Positions 9,074 through 19,259 of a stretch of 64,000 nt of DNA are shown one piece after another (the stretch's first letter is position 1; the number at the start of each line of letters is the position of its first letter). Made by a program: the position numbers and the translations under genes. The stretch is from an uncultured Alphaproteobacteria bacterium (GTDB taxonomy: Bacteria > Pseudomonadota > Alphaproteobacteria > Rickettsiales > UBA1997). The notes beneath the pieces are model-generated. The model was not told the DNA's origin. It made no database searches and saw only the letters and a program-made list of their open reading frames with translations. The stretch is from NCBI GenBank assembly GCA_949288805.1, contig CASELL010000001.1:89027-153026 (forward strand). Reading direction: 5' to 3'.

Positions 9074-12000
9074 AAATCCTCCTCAATTACAAAAAAACAA
9101 ATTAATTCAAAATCATTTAAACTTTTTAATTTATTTATAGTAGTACCACCAGAAGAAAACAAACTATCAACATCTTTTTTATCTTTTATTTCTACTATTG
9201 ATTCTATTGATTTTTCAAGTAGTTTACTATAAAAATCCATTTTCTTGCCATCATTAGTTTTTTCATTAAAAACTTTACATAATTTTTTATTTACATCTTT
9301 TCCACTACAATATAATCTTAATTTATCTAATAAATCTTTTGTTTTTAGATAATCATAAAATATTTCTCCATTGTTTTTTATGTAAATTAAATAATAAGGG
9401 TCTAAAATATTTTGATTGTTGCTTTCATTTTCACTTTTTAATAAATAAATAACTCCTGCGGGCATTTCTTCGTTTGCCTCTATTACTGTATTCATTCCAT
9501 TAGGAGTTTTTTCTATACTAGGATGTTTTTTAATATAATCTATTAATTCAAGTCTAAAATCATTAAAACCAAGATCCATTATTGATATATTATTATCTAT
9601 TTCTTCTAGATCTACAACTTCGTTTTTGATTTTTTCTAATTGTTTTTTTCTATATTCTAATTCAATTTCTTCTTCGTTTATATTATCGTCATTACTAACA
9701 CTAATTACACCGGCCATTTTATTTGTTAATTTATCTTTTAATTTTATATAATCGTCCAATTCTACTGGAGGCCAGAAATTAACCATTTGTATTACTTCAT
9801 TTTTACTGCCTATTCTGTCAATTCTACCAAATCGTTGTATTAATCGAACAGGGTTCCAATGTATATCATAATTTATTAAATAATCACAATCTTGTAAGTT
9901 TTGACCTTCACTAATACAATCAGTTGCTATTAAAATATCTATGTCTTCATTATCTTGTTGTAATAAATCTCTTTCTTTTGATATAGGAGAAAATTCAGTT
10001 AAAATTGAATTGATATCGTTATTAACTTTATTAGCATTAGTTTTTATAGTATTACCAGTTATTAGGGCAGTATTTAAATTAAAATTATCTTTTATGTAAT
10101 TTACTAAATTGTCATAAAGATATATAGCAGTATCACTAAATGCAGTAAAAATTATTATCTTTTTATTGTTTTTGTTTATTGGATTGTTTATTTTATTATT
10201 TATTGTTTCTTTTAATTTATGTAATTTATAATCTTTATCTTTATTTATTAAACTTGTGCTATTATATAAACTTTCTAAGATTTGTTTATCTTTTTCAAGA
10301 TTTGCTTGCCAACTATAACAATCTATATCAGCTAAATCTATTTCCATTTTATTATTAATAATAGTCATATTGTTTGAATCTTCATAATCAAGATCATTAA
10401 AATCTTCATTATTTAAACTATAATTATTAAATTGACTACTAAAAACATCTTTTGTTATACTAAAAGCATCTAGTTCTTCTTTTTTATTTAAAAAATCGTT
10501 TATTGTTTTTAATGTATAATCAATTTTCTTTATTATTGTTTGTAAAGTTTGATTAAAAGAAAAAACAGAACTTTCCATTCTTTTTAATAGATTAATTGAC
10601 ATTAATTTTACAAGGCCTTTCTCTCTATCGCTTTGTTTAATTTTGTCGTTTTCGTTTTTGTTGTATTTTTCAACTCTACTTGGTAATAAAAAACTTGTAG
10701 GATTATAAACGCATAAAGTTAAATCCATTAAATCTTGTATTATTTCGTTATAATTAATATCGTCTTGATTTATTGTTAAAGTTGGGCTTTCATTTATTGG
10801 TTTTAGCCTTTTTGGAAATCTACCTATATCGTCAATATTATAAAACTTTTCAATATTTTTTCTTGATCTTGATATAGTTACATCATCTAATAATTTAAAA
10901 AAATCTTCATCAAGGCTATTTATTAAATCTTGAGTAGTTCCATTTTTCTTTTTACTCCATTCATTAAATCTTTGTTGCGCTTGTTTTAAAACTTTATCTA
11001 TTCTATCGTTTCCTTCTTCGTCTTCGTAAGCTAATTTTAATTGGTTCTTTAAGTCAGTAAATCTATTATTTACTGGAGTAGCAGATAACATCAAAACTTT
11101 TGTTTTTACTCCTTCTTTTATTACTTTATTTAATAATATATTATATCTATTATATTTTAATTCGTTTTCTTCAGTTAAATAAGAAGAACCACCATTTCTA
11201 AAATTATGTGATTCATCAATTACTACTAGATCAAAATTGCTCCAATTTATTCTTGATAAATCTACTCCACTTTCAGATATTCCCTTTTTTCTCGTTAAAT
11301 CACTATGAAATAATACAGTATAATTAAATCTATCTCCCAAAAGTGGGTTGTTTTTGTAATTATGTTTGTAACTGTCCCAATTGTTATATAATTTTTTAGG
11401 GCATAAAACTAAAACATCTTTATTTCTATTTTCATAATATTTTATTACAGAAAGTGCTGTAAAAGTTTTACCAAGTCCAACACTATCAGCTAGAATACAA
11501 GCATTATACTTTTCTAATTTATTAATTATCGATAAAGAAGCAGTTTTTTGAAAATCATATAATTTATTCCATATTTTACTTTTTTTAAAACCTACTGCTT
11601 CATTTGGTAAAGTATCCTCATCAAGATTTTCTATATAATCTTTAAATAAATTATACAAAGTAAAAAAATATATAAATTCAGGAGAGTTTTCATTATATAT
11701 AGTTTCTATATTGTTTATTACTTCTTCTGTTACATCTTGTAATTTATCTTTATCATTCCAATTTTCATCAAATCTTTTTAATACCCTATCATTTTCAATT
11801 TTGCTAATACAATAATCAATATTACTATTTTCAACCCCTAGGCTCGTAGTTGTAAAATCAATAATTTGATTATATAGTATAGGCATTTTATCTTGATTTT
11901 GTATTATCATATAGGTAGACATATAATCTGGGTGTTTATTTGATTTAAAACGTGCCTTTGTTCTTATCCATTCTATACATTCTTTTGCTATTGCCTTTTG

Positions 12001-12294
12001 TTTTAATTCATTTCTTAATTTTACTTCGTACTTTGTCCCATAAATATTTCTTTCTCTTTCTAATCTAGGTATAAAAAATTCTCTTTTTTCTTTTGGAGTT
12101 TTTTCATTTAAAAAGGTAGGTGATGTAAAAATAAATCTAAAACTTTTAACTTTGTTTAACTCTTTTCTTAACTCTTGGTAGGCATATATTGAAAAACAAT
12201 TTGCACTCACAGAAATATTAGCTTTTTCCTTTATTTCTGAAGATAAATCGTCTTTTAATATTTTTGTTATATTATCAAAAGTTTCGTTTGACAT
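9067..12294 (-). CDS. SNF2/Rad54-family helicase-related protein, first gene of the RM-like operon
   Basis: Motif I ILADSVGLGKTFTA, motif II LVVIDESHNFRN, motif III MLSATPVNN, C-terminal lobe ATDCISEGQNLQDCDYLINYDIHWNPVRLIQRFGRIDRIGS. The roughly 240-aa N-terminal domain is unassigned. Confidence 0.9.
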   Translation of the reverse strand: MSNETFDNITKILKDDLSSEIKEKANISVSANCFSIYAYQELRKELNKVKSFRFIFTSPTFLNEKTPKEKREFFIPRLERERNIYGTKYEVKLRNELKQKAIAKECIEWIRTKARFKSNKHPDYMSTYMIIQNQDKMPILYNQIIDFTTTSLGVENSNIDYCISKIENDRVLKRFDENWNDKDKLQDVTEEVINNIETIYNENSPEFIYFFTLYNLFKDYIENLDEDTLPNEAVGFKKSKIWNKLYDFQKTASLSIINKLEKYNACILADSVGLGKTFTALSVIKYYENRNKDVLVLCPKKLYNNWDSYKHNYKNNPLLGDRFNYTVLFHSDLTRKKGISESGVDLSRINWSNFDLVVIDESHNFRNGGSSYLTEENELKYNRYNILLNKVIKEGVKTKVLMLSATPVNNRFTDLKNQLKLAYEDEEGNDRIDKVLKQAQQRFNEWSKKKNGTTQDLINSLDEDFFKLLDDVTISRSRKNIEKFYNIDDIGRFPKRLKPINESPTLTINQDDINYNEIIQDLMDLTLCVYNPTSFLLPSRVEKYNKNENDKIKQSDREKGLVKLMSINLLKRMESSVFSFNQTLQTIIKKIDYTLKTINDFLNKKEELDAFSITKDVFSSQFNNYSLNNEDFNDLDYEDSNNMTIINNKMEIDLADIDCYSWQANLEKDKQILESLYNSTSLINKDKDYKLHKLKETINNKINNPINKNNKKIIIFTAFSDTAIYLYDNLVNYIKDNFNLNTALITGNTIKTNANKVNNDINSILTEFSPISKERDLLQQDNEDIDILIATDCISEGQNLQDCDYLINYDIHWNPVRLIQRFGRIDRIGSKNEVIQMVNFWPPVELDDYIKLKDKLTNKMAGVISVSNDDNINEEEIELEYRKKQLEKIKNEVVDLEEIDNNISIMDLGFNDFRLELIDYIKKHPSIEKTPNGMNTVIEANEEMPAGVIYLLKSENESNNQNILDPYYLIYIKNNGEIFYDYLKTKDLLDKLRLYCSGKDVNKKLCKVFNEKTNDGKKMDFYSKLLEKSIESIVEIKDKKDVDSLFSSGGTTINKLKSLNDFELICFFVIEEDLC

Positions 12295-12321
12295 TTTTAT
12301 AAAAATAATAACTGATTAGAT

Positions 12322-12366
12322 TTTATAATTAAACTAATAATTGTCAATTAATAGTTTAATTATAAA
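12322..12366. repeat. 45-bp near-perfect AT-only palindrome centred on TTGTCAA/TTGACAA
   Basis: tttataattaaactaataattg t caattaatagtttaattataaa has 22-nt arms with one mismatch. It lies between the stop of the 1234-aa gene (12420) and the SNF2 start (12294). Confidence 0.6.
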
Positions 12367-12419
12367 TCTTTGGTTTATTAATAAACACCCCAGAACAAGC
12401 AAATTTTAATTAAGTAAAT

Positions 12420-15400
12420 TTATATTATTGGCTCTAAATCATAAGATTTATAAGAATCGATTTGATTTTCAATAAATTCTTTAACATTTTTATAAAAAAT
12501 TTCTTGATCCATATTTTTAATTATCGATTTATTCTCTAAAAATTTTTCAATTTCATTTTTTTTATTAATTAAATCATCTATTTTATTTTCAAAGCCCATA
12601 TAATCTAATAACATTTTATATAAATATCCACATTCAATAAGATTAGTAATTTTATTGCATTCTAAATTTTTATGATTTTTATATTTAATATTTTTATTGG
12701 CTTCTTTATAGTATTTTTTAATAACCATTAAAATAGTAACATCTGTAATGTCAAAATTATATAAAATAATGCCAATATATCTATATATTTCTTTTGTATC
12801 TTTATTATTTCTAACTAATTCAAATAAACCCTGAAACCATTCAAAATTTGGCTTAATATCTATTTTATTTAATATATCAAAATTTAATTTATCGTTGTTT
12901 TTTAAATATTCAATTACAAAATCATAATAAAATTTATAATCTTCTTGAAATTTCTTTTTTAACATTTCTGGAATAGTATTATCTTTTTTTATAAAAGAAT
13001 ACATAGATTTTTCTATATCTATAATATCATTAATATTTTCTTCACAAAATTTTTCATTACTATATAATTTTTCAAAAAGACTTTCTAAATAATAACTAAA
13101 CATATCATCTCTAAATATTTTATCATTATTGAAATTTGTACATTCTTTTAATACTTTAAAAATTAAATCTATATTATTTACATGTTCATGATTTATTAAA
13201 CAAAGTTCAACATATTTTTTTTTATTATATTTTTCTGTATTATTTAAATATATATTAAAAATTTTATAATCTTCAATATAAAAAAATGAACAATTTTCCC
13301 AATAATACTTTTCATTATTTTTAATAATTTTTTTTACTTCATCATCAAATGTTTTATATGATAAAACTTTTTCAATAAACAATACATTTTTATCTAAAAT
13401 ATCAAAAGCTTTATTAAATATATTTTCTTTATCTAAATAATTTAAAAAAATAAATAATTCATGATATTTTTCTTTTCCAAATAATTGTTTAATTGTGTTT
13501 GTTTTATTAATTTTTGTTTTAGCTAATATTTTAAATAAATATTTTTCATTTATTTTTTCATATAATTCTAAAAATTTATTTATATCGTTATCATAATCTC
13601 TTAAAAATTTATCTAATTCATTAATTGTCTTTAATTCTAGATCTTTATCTTTATAAAACTTATAATGATTAATATTACTAAAATATATTACATATTTTTC
13701 AAATTTATCTATATTTATTTTATTACAAATTTTTTCTAATTTTTTTATATTATCATTATCTTTTCTATATTCTAAATATTTTATATTTTCTTTAAATATT
13801 TTTGTTAATTTATTTTTAGATTCGTTATCAAATTTATTAAAATCAATATCGTTTAATAAAGATATATATTTTTCAATAATATCTTTATCTTCCAATAAAT
13901 TAATATTATTACAAAATTTAACAGGTTCTTTTTTTAGGAAATTAAAATATTTTTCTAAAAAATATTGTTTAATACTATTATTTAAAGTTAGTTTTTTAGG
14001 ATATAATTCATTATTTGCTCTCCTTATAAAAATGACAACATTTTTTGCATTTAAAACTTCAAATATAATATTTTTAAACAACTCTTTATCTTTATATTCT
14101 TCTAAAATTTCTCGTAATTCAAAACTATTTAGTATATTTTTATTATCAATCATAAATATTGTTTTTATAAGGTATTCAAAATATTCATATATATTTTTAT
14201 TATAAAATAAATATAATAATTCTTCCAATACACGATCATCATAATTTTTATATTTATACAATATGTATTCAAATATCTCTATAATATCTTTTATATTATT
14301 AATTTCATTTTCTTTGATCATACAATCAATTTTTGTCAAAAACTGCGGAATATCAATCAAAGCTAAGTTAATTAATAATTCAAAATTATTTTTATTAATA
14401 AATTTCTCTATTAATTTATTAAATAATTGCTCAAACCAAACATATTTATAATTATATTTTTTATATAACATATTAAATATATTAAAAACACCAGTAATTA
14501 AATAGTTTGAATATTTATTGTCCTCTTGTTGTAATACTTCATTTAATAAAAAACTTTCTATTTTATCTAAAATAGATTCTATTTCTTTTTCATCAAAATT
14601 ATAGCATTGTATAAAATTAGAAACATAATAAACTTTACAATAATTATTTTCTCTTTCTAATATTAAATTATTTTCTTTTAACTCTTTTATAGTTTTATTA
14701 AATTTATCTTTTATAAATTGTTGTTCATAATTACCATTACCCCATCTATAAAAAGGTAAAATATTTAAAAACAAATCTTTTTGATCTATTTTAAAATTAT
14801 TTATTTTTAATAAACTTTGATGTAAATATTTTAAATTTGTATCACAATCATTAATTAAATCAATATAATTAATAATATTAAATTTGTTTTTAAAATAATA
14901 TAAAACACCTTCTTGTGTTATATTTTCTAGATATATAGTATTATAACTATTAAGAAAATTATTTTTAAAGTCATTACCAATAGGAATTATAATTTTTGTT
15001 TTTTTAGATAAAATAGACATAATTTCATAATTGGGATTTTTATCTATAATATATGGTACTATAATACTATTAATATAAGAATATTTAGATATTTCTAATA
15101 GTGTTTCATTTGTAGTAATTATTTGACTTTTAAAATAAATATTATAGTTATTATATTTTTTTAGATATGATATCAAAAACAACAAAGATTCTTCTTGAGA
15201 ATTTGATTTTATATATAAAATATCGCATTCTTTAAGTTTTTTATCAATATCTTCTTTTTCATATTTTCTTGATAATATTAATTCTTCATTCAAAGGTATT
15301 TTTGTTGAATTTTTCCAAGTTTCAAAAAATTTATCAAACTCATCATAACCATCAATTTTTTGATTACATAAATTTATTTTTAACCAGTTTTCAGTAGACT

Positions 15401-16124
15401 TTGACATTATTAATAAACTATTTAAATCTTGTTTATCAATAATTTTAACATCATAAAAAAAATTCTTTTTTTTATATAAGTCAATTAATTTATTTTTTTT
15501 AGTTTCTTCTGTGTTTTGTTTAGTAATAAAGCAAAAAGTTTTATTTTTGTTTTCTTCATTTTTTAATCTTTTGTTTATATCTAATTCAAATTTTTTGCCC
15601 CAATCTTCTTCTATACCAAATTCAAAAATTATTTCTTTATTACCTATACCAAATTTTGTATCAAAATTAAATTTAGCATAACCATCTGAACCTGACAAAT
15701 AAACTCCATCTTTAATAGGTATTCTAATTGAATCATTATTTCCATATATATCAACAATTAATCTGAGAATAAATTCAGCGAAAGTTTCTCCATTAGAAAT
15801 AATAGAAATATAATCTTTTTTTACAATCATAAGATTTTCATTTTTTAAAAAATTTTTTAATTCTGTTTTTGTAAGATTAAAATCTTTACAAGTATCTTCA
15901 ATTCCAAAATTATTGTATGAATTAATAATATTCCATTTTTCTTCATTACTTCTATCTTCAATTTTTACTTTAAAATTATTTTCTTTAGAAATTTTAATTA
16001 AAGTTTTTTGAGATATATTAAAATACTCTGCTGTTTCTTTTAAAGAATGTGTTTTTCTATATTCTTTAATTAAATTAATAGTTTTTAAATCTTTAATTAC
16101 AACTCTTTTTTTTCTTTCTACCAT
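12420..16124 (-). CDS. Giant orphan protein (1234 aa): N-terminal helix-turn-helix module(s), possible Mrr-like nuclease-type segment, long helical-repeat body
   Basis: Uninterrupted 3.7-kb ORF with a GAGGT SD 7 nt upstream. HTH-like SLKETAEYFNISQKTLIKISKEN and a second GIEDTCKDFNLTKTELKNFLKN. The segment FAEFILRLIVDIYG...LSGSDGYAKF...EIIFEFGIEEDWGKK resembles restriction-endonuclease-like N-domains only loosely. No Walker A found. Confidence 0.55.
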   Translation of the reverse strand: MVERKKRVVIKDLKTINLIKEYRKTHSLKETAEYFNISQKTLIKISKENNFKVKIEDRSNEEKWNIINSYNNFGIEDTCKDFNLTKTELKNFLKNENLMIVKKDYISIISNGETFAEFILRLIVDIYGNNDSIRIPIKDGVYLSGSDGYAKFNFDTKFGIGNKEIIFEFGIEEDWGKKFELDINKRLKNEENKNKTFCFITKQNTEETKKNKLIDLYKKKNFFYDVKIIDKQDLNSLLIMSKSTENWLKINLCNQKIDGYDEFDKFFETWKNSTKIPLNEELILSRKYEKEDIDKKLKECDILYIKSNSQEESLLFLISYLKKYNNYNIYFKSQIITTNETLLEISKYSYINSIIVPYIIDKNPNYEIMSILSKKTKIIIPIGNDFKNNFLNSYNTIYLENITQEGVLYYFKNKFNIINYIDLINDCDTNLKYLHQSLLKINNFKIDQKDLFLNILPFYRWGNGNYEQQFIKDKFNKTIKELKENNLILERENNYCKVYYVSNFIQCYNFDEKEIESILDKIESFLLNEVLQQEDNKYSNYLITGVFNIFNMLYKKYNYKYVWFEQLFNKLIEKFINKNNFELLINLALIDIPQFLTKIDCMIKENEINNIKDIIEIFEYILYKYKNYDDRVLEELLYLFYNKNIYEYFEYLIKTIFMIDNKNILNSFELREILEEYKDKELFKNIIFEVLNAKNVVIFIRRANNELYPKKLTLNNSIKQYFLEKYFNFLKKEPVKFCNNINLLEDKDIIEKYISLLNDIDFNKFDNESKNKLTKIFKENIKYLEYRKDNDNIKKLEKICNKINIDKFEKYVIYFSNINHYKFYKDKDLELKTINELDKFLRDYDNDINKFLELYEKINEKYLFKILAKTKINKTNTIKQLFGKEKYHELFIFLNYLDKENIFNKAFDILDKNVLFIEKVLSYKTFDDEVKKIIKNNEKYYWENCSFFYIEDYKIFNIYLNNTEKYNKKKYVELCLINHEHVNNIDLIFKVLKECTNFNNDKIFRDDMFSYYLESLFEKLYSNEKFCEENINDIIDIEKSMYSFIKKDNTIPEMLKKKFQEDYKFYYDFVIEYLKNNDKLNFDILNKIDIKPNFEWFQGLFELVRNNKDTKEIYRYIGIILYNFDITDVTILMVIKKYYKEANKNIKYKNHKNLECNKITNLIECGYLYKMLLDYMGFENKIDDLINKKNEIEKFLENKSIIKNMDQEIFYKNVKEFIENQIDSYKSYDLEPII

Positions 16125-16303
16125 AATTTACCTCGTTTAAAAATATTGAATAATTTAAATAATTCACTAAAAATACCTTTATTATTTTTTTTATTTACAT
16201 TACTATATATATTACAATTATTACAATTATAATTATTATATGTATTATATATATTATTAATTTTGTTTTTTTTATGTTTAAAATGTTGATATTTATTAAC
16301 CAT
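16118..16303 (-). CDS. Questionable 61-aa Asn/Lys-rich upstream ORF overlapping the start of the giant gene
   Basis: The stop overlaps the giant gene's ATG (ATGGTAG). Contains a CNNC motif. Its low-complexity composition is what a random ORF in AT-rich DNA would look like. Confidence 0.15.
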   Translation of the reverse strand: MVNKYQHFKHKKNKINNIYNTYNNYNCNNCNIYSNVNKKNNKGIFSELFKLFNIFKRGKLW

Positions 16304-16422
16304 ATATTAAATATTTATTTATTATTGTAAATATAATAATAATTTTTTTATTTGTCAAGTATTTTTTATTAAATTAGTAAACTTTTTAAACAAAATTATA
16401 AAATAAATACAATTTTTAACAA

Positions 16423-17730
16423 TTACTTATCAAACAACCAATCTAAAACATTTAATCTTTTAATTCCTTTTATATTGCCATCATCTTCGTCCATAGTAAG
16501 TAAGTATTTTGGATAATTATCATCTATACTATTTAAAGATCTCAATTCTCTTTCTAATGTTTCTTTAGAATTATATGTATAAAAAGCGACCTGATAATAT
16601 TCAGTTAATCCTTCTTTTTGTGCTACAAAATCTACTTCTATATTGCTTCTATTATTTATTCTGCCAACATATACCTTATAACCTCTTCTTAATAATTCTA
16701 GATAAACTATATTTTCTAATATTCTACCATGATCTCCTTCTTTATAACCCAATAAAGCAGATCTTAAACCTAAATCTACCATATAATATTTTGAATTAGT
16801 ATTTGTTAATATTTGTTTACCTTTAATATCAAATCTATCACATTTATATAATAAATAACTATCCAAAAGTCCATTTAAATAATTAGCAATAGTCATAGCA
16901 GATAAATTTTGAGGAGTATTTTTTAAACTTTTTTCTATTCCTCTAATTGAAGTTTCGTTTCCTATATTGTCAAATAAGAATCTTGTTAAAGCATCAAGTT
17001 TATCAACATTTGATATATTGTATCTTTTAATTATATCTTTTTGTAAAGTACTTGTATATATAGTATCATTTAAGTAATCATTTATTAATTGTCTATTGCC
17101 TAAAAAACTAACTGTTTGTGGGAAACTACTTTCTGTTATATATTTTTTATATAAACTAAAGGAATCATTTCTATTTAAATAATCTTCTTTATTAAGTGAA
17201 ATAAATTTTGTAGTTTCATTATAAGCTATATAATATTCTTTAAAAGAATATGGTAACATTTTAATTTCTATATATCTACCACCCAAGGCATTTGCTATAT
17301 CACTAGAAAACATATAGGCATTAGATCCAGTTAAATATATGTCTATATTTCCTTGTAATCTTAAAGTATTAACTATTTTTTCCCAACCTTCTAATAATTG
17401 TACTTCATCTATAATTAAATAATTTATTTTATTTTTATTTATTTTTTTTAAAATGAAATCTAACATTTTATTATAATCAACTAAAAAATTTTTATCATTA
17501 TAAATAAGACCAATTTCTCTTACTTGTAATAAATCTTCTAAATTAATACTTATGATATTATTAGTTTTAGTTTCTAAACTAGATTTAAAATAAGATAATA
17601 AACTAGATTTTCCACATCTTCTAACGCCAGTAATAATTTTTATAATATCAGTTTTTCCAGATAAAGATTCTAATTTATCAGAATAAACTTCTCTTCTAAA
17701 AAATATTTGTCTACTTGATTTATTAGTCAT
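16423..17730 (-). CDS. AAA+ ATPase of the COG1373 type (AAA domain plus C-terminal DUF4143)
   Basis: Walker A GVRRCGKSSLL, Walker B YLIIDEVQLLEGW. The C-terminal part (LENIVYLELLRRGYKVYVGR...EVDFV) is typical of DUF4143 proteins. The track ORF starts at 17787, but the Met at 17730 (MTNKSSRQIF) is the more likely start. Confidence 0.8.
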   Translation of the reverse strand: MTNKSSRQIFFRREVYSDKLESLSGKTDIIKIITGVRRCGKSSLLSYFKSSLETKTNNIISINLEDLLQVREIGLIYNDKNFLVDYNKMLDFILKKINKNKINYLIIDEVQLLEGWEKIVNTLRLQGNIDIYLTGSNAYMFSSDIANALGGRYIEIKMLPYSFKEYYIAYNETTKFISLNKEDYLNRNDSFSLYKKYITESSFPQTVSFLGNRQLINDYLNDTIYTSTLQKDIIKRYNISNVDKLDALTRFLFDNIGNETSIRGIEKSLKNTPQNLSAMTIANYLNGLLDSYLLYKCDRFDIKGKQILTNTNSKYYMVDLGLRSALLGYKEGDHGRILENIVYLELLRRGYKVYVGRINNRSNIEVDFVAQKEGLTEYYQVAFYTYNSKETLERELRSLNSIDDNYPKYLLTMDEDDGNIKGIKRLNVLDWLFDK

Positions 17731-17838
17731 TATTCTAATTTTATTAATATAATTAAGTATAATATACAAAATTACAAAAATCAACAATTTTGTCTAATAT
17801 ATTAAAAAAATAAACAAAATTTTAATTATTTATTATAA

Positions 17839-19237
17839 TTAAGAATCAATAAATACAATACTATTTAAACATTTATCAATGTTATCTTTTGTTTTTTCTA
17901 GCTTTATATTATCAGTATCGCCGTATTTGTTTTTGAAGTCGGTGGCTTGTTGTTCTAGTTTGTTGAGAAATTGTGAAACTTCTTTATAATTACCATTTTC
18001 AAAGTGATAGCTTAGATTACTACTGTTATTATTTTTATAATCATTTAATATTTTATTACATTCTTTTATACCTTTAAAAAAATCAACAAAATTACCAAAT
18101 TTTATTGTAAAATCTGTTTGACGAAAACAATAATTTATGTCAATAAAATTTGTAGAAAGTGTTACTCTATAACAAAATTTTTTATTAAAACATTTAAGTA
18201 TATTTTCTTTCTCCTTTTCATATTTATTAATATCATACAAAATACAATCTTTATTATATTTAAAGCCCTTTCTAGCAAATATTTCATTAACAATATAATC
18301 CCAATAAAATTCACTTTTATATTTATTATAAAATTCAAAAAGATAATCAAAAATTAAGTTAAATTGCCTACAAGTTATATTATTTGATGATGCCAGTTTA
18401 TTTAAAGATAAATAAATACTCACTATTATAAACATCTTTTTCTTCTTTAATATCAAAACTAAACTTTTCTTTTAGTTTTGTTTTTATATAACTTAAATAG
18501 TCAATTTTAGATAATTTAATTTCTTCTACAAAAAATCTTACAAAATAATTTTCACCATCTGACTCTTCTTTAAAATTATACATTGCTTGTAAAGAATGAT
18601 TTAAGGCCCTTCTATTAGCAAAATAAAAAATAATTATTCCATCGATATCAAAAAAATGTTTTGTTGTTTCAAGTATTTTCATGGCATAGTCAGGCCTACA
18701 TCTGTCTAATTCATCAATAATTAGAACAAGTTTTTTTGAATCTGTTTTTTTAATTAAAGTTGTTAAAGATTTTTTAAATTCTGTTATTGGGTCTTGTGGT
18801 TTTTTCTCAAAATATTCAATAAATTCTTTAGCAGAAGGGCAAAAAACATTCGAAGCAACTTTAACAAGTTCATACATAACACAAGCACTTTTTTGAATAA
18901 AATCTTTAATTTTTTCTAATCCAATTTTACTTCTATAATATTCTAATATTTTATTACAAATTAAATTTAGTGGTTGTTCGTAGTAATCGTTTTCCCAAGC
19001 ACTAAAATAAACGGCATCAATATTTTTGTCTAATAAAGTTTTTGTTAATGCTCTGGCAAAGTATGTTTTTCCGGTTCCAAAATCGCTTTCAATTAAAAAT
19101 ACGTTTCTTAATTCTTCAAAGTATTTTTGTTTGCCAATTTCTAGTTCGGGGTGTTCTGTTTTTGTGAAGTTGAATTCTTCTGTTTTTGTGATTATTTTGT
19201 CTAGTAGTTTTTGTCTTTCGGGAAATAGGTCTGGCAT
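17839..19237 (-). pseudogene. KAP-family P-loop NTPase split into two overlapping ORFs (279 aa + 205 aa) by a frameshift
   Basis: The upstream ORF has Walker A SDFGTGKTYFARAL and the KAP signature LVLIIDELDRCRPDYAMKILETTKHFF. The ORFs overlap at 18398-18456 in different frames. ...VYNSEYLFIFK* and ...SIYLSLNKLASSNNITCRQFNLIFDYLFEFY align in succession with IYNSIYIKIAF...NLREINYAFRFIEYYF of the intact paralog. Confidence 0.65.
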
Positions 19238-19259
19238 TTTAGTTTATGGTTATTAATAA

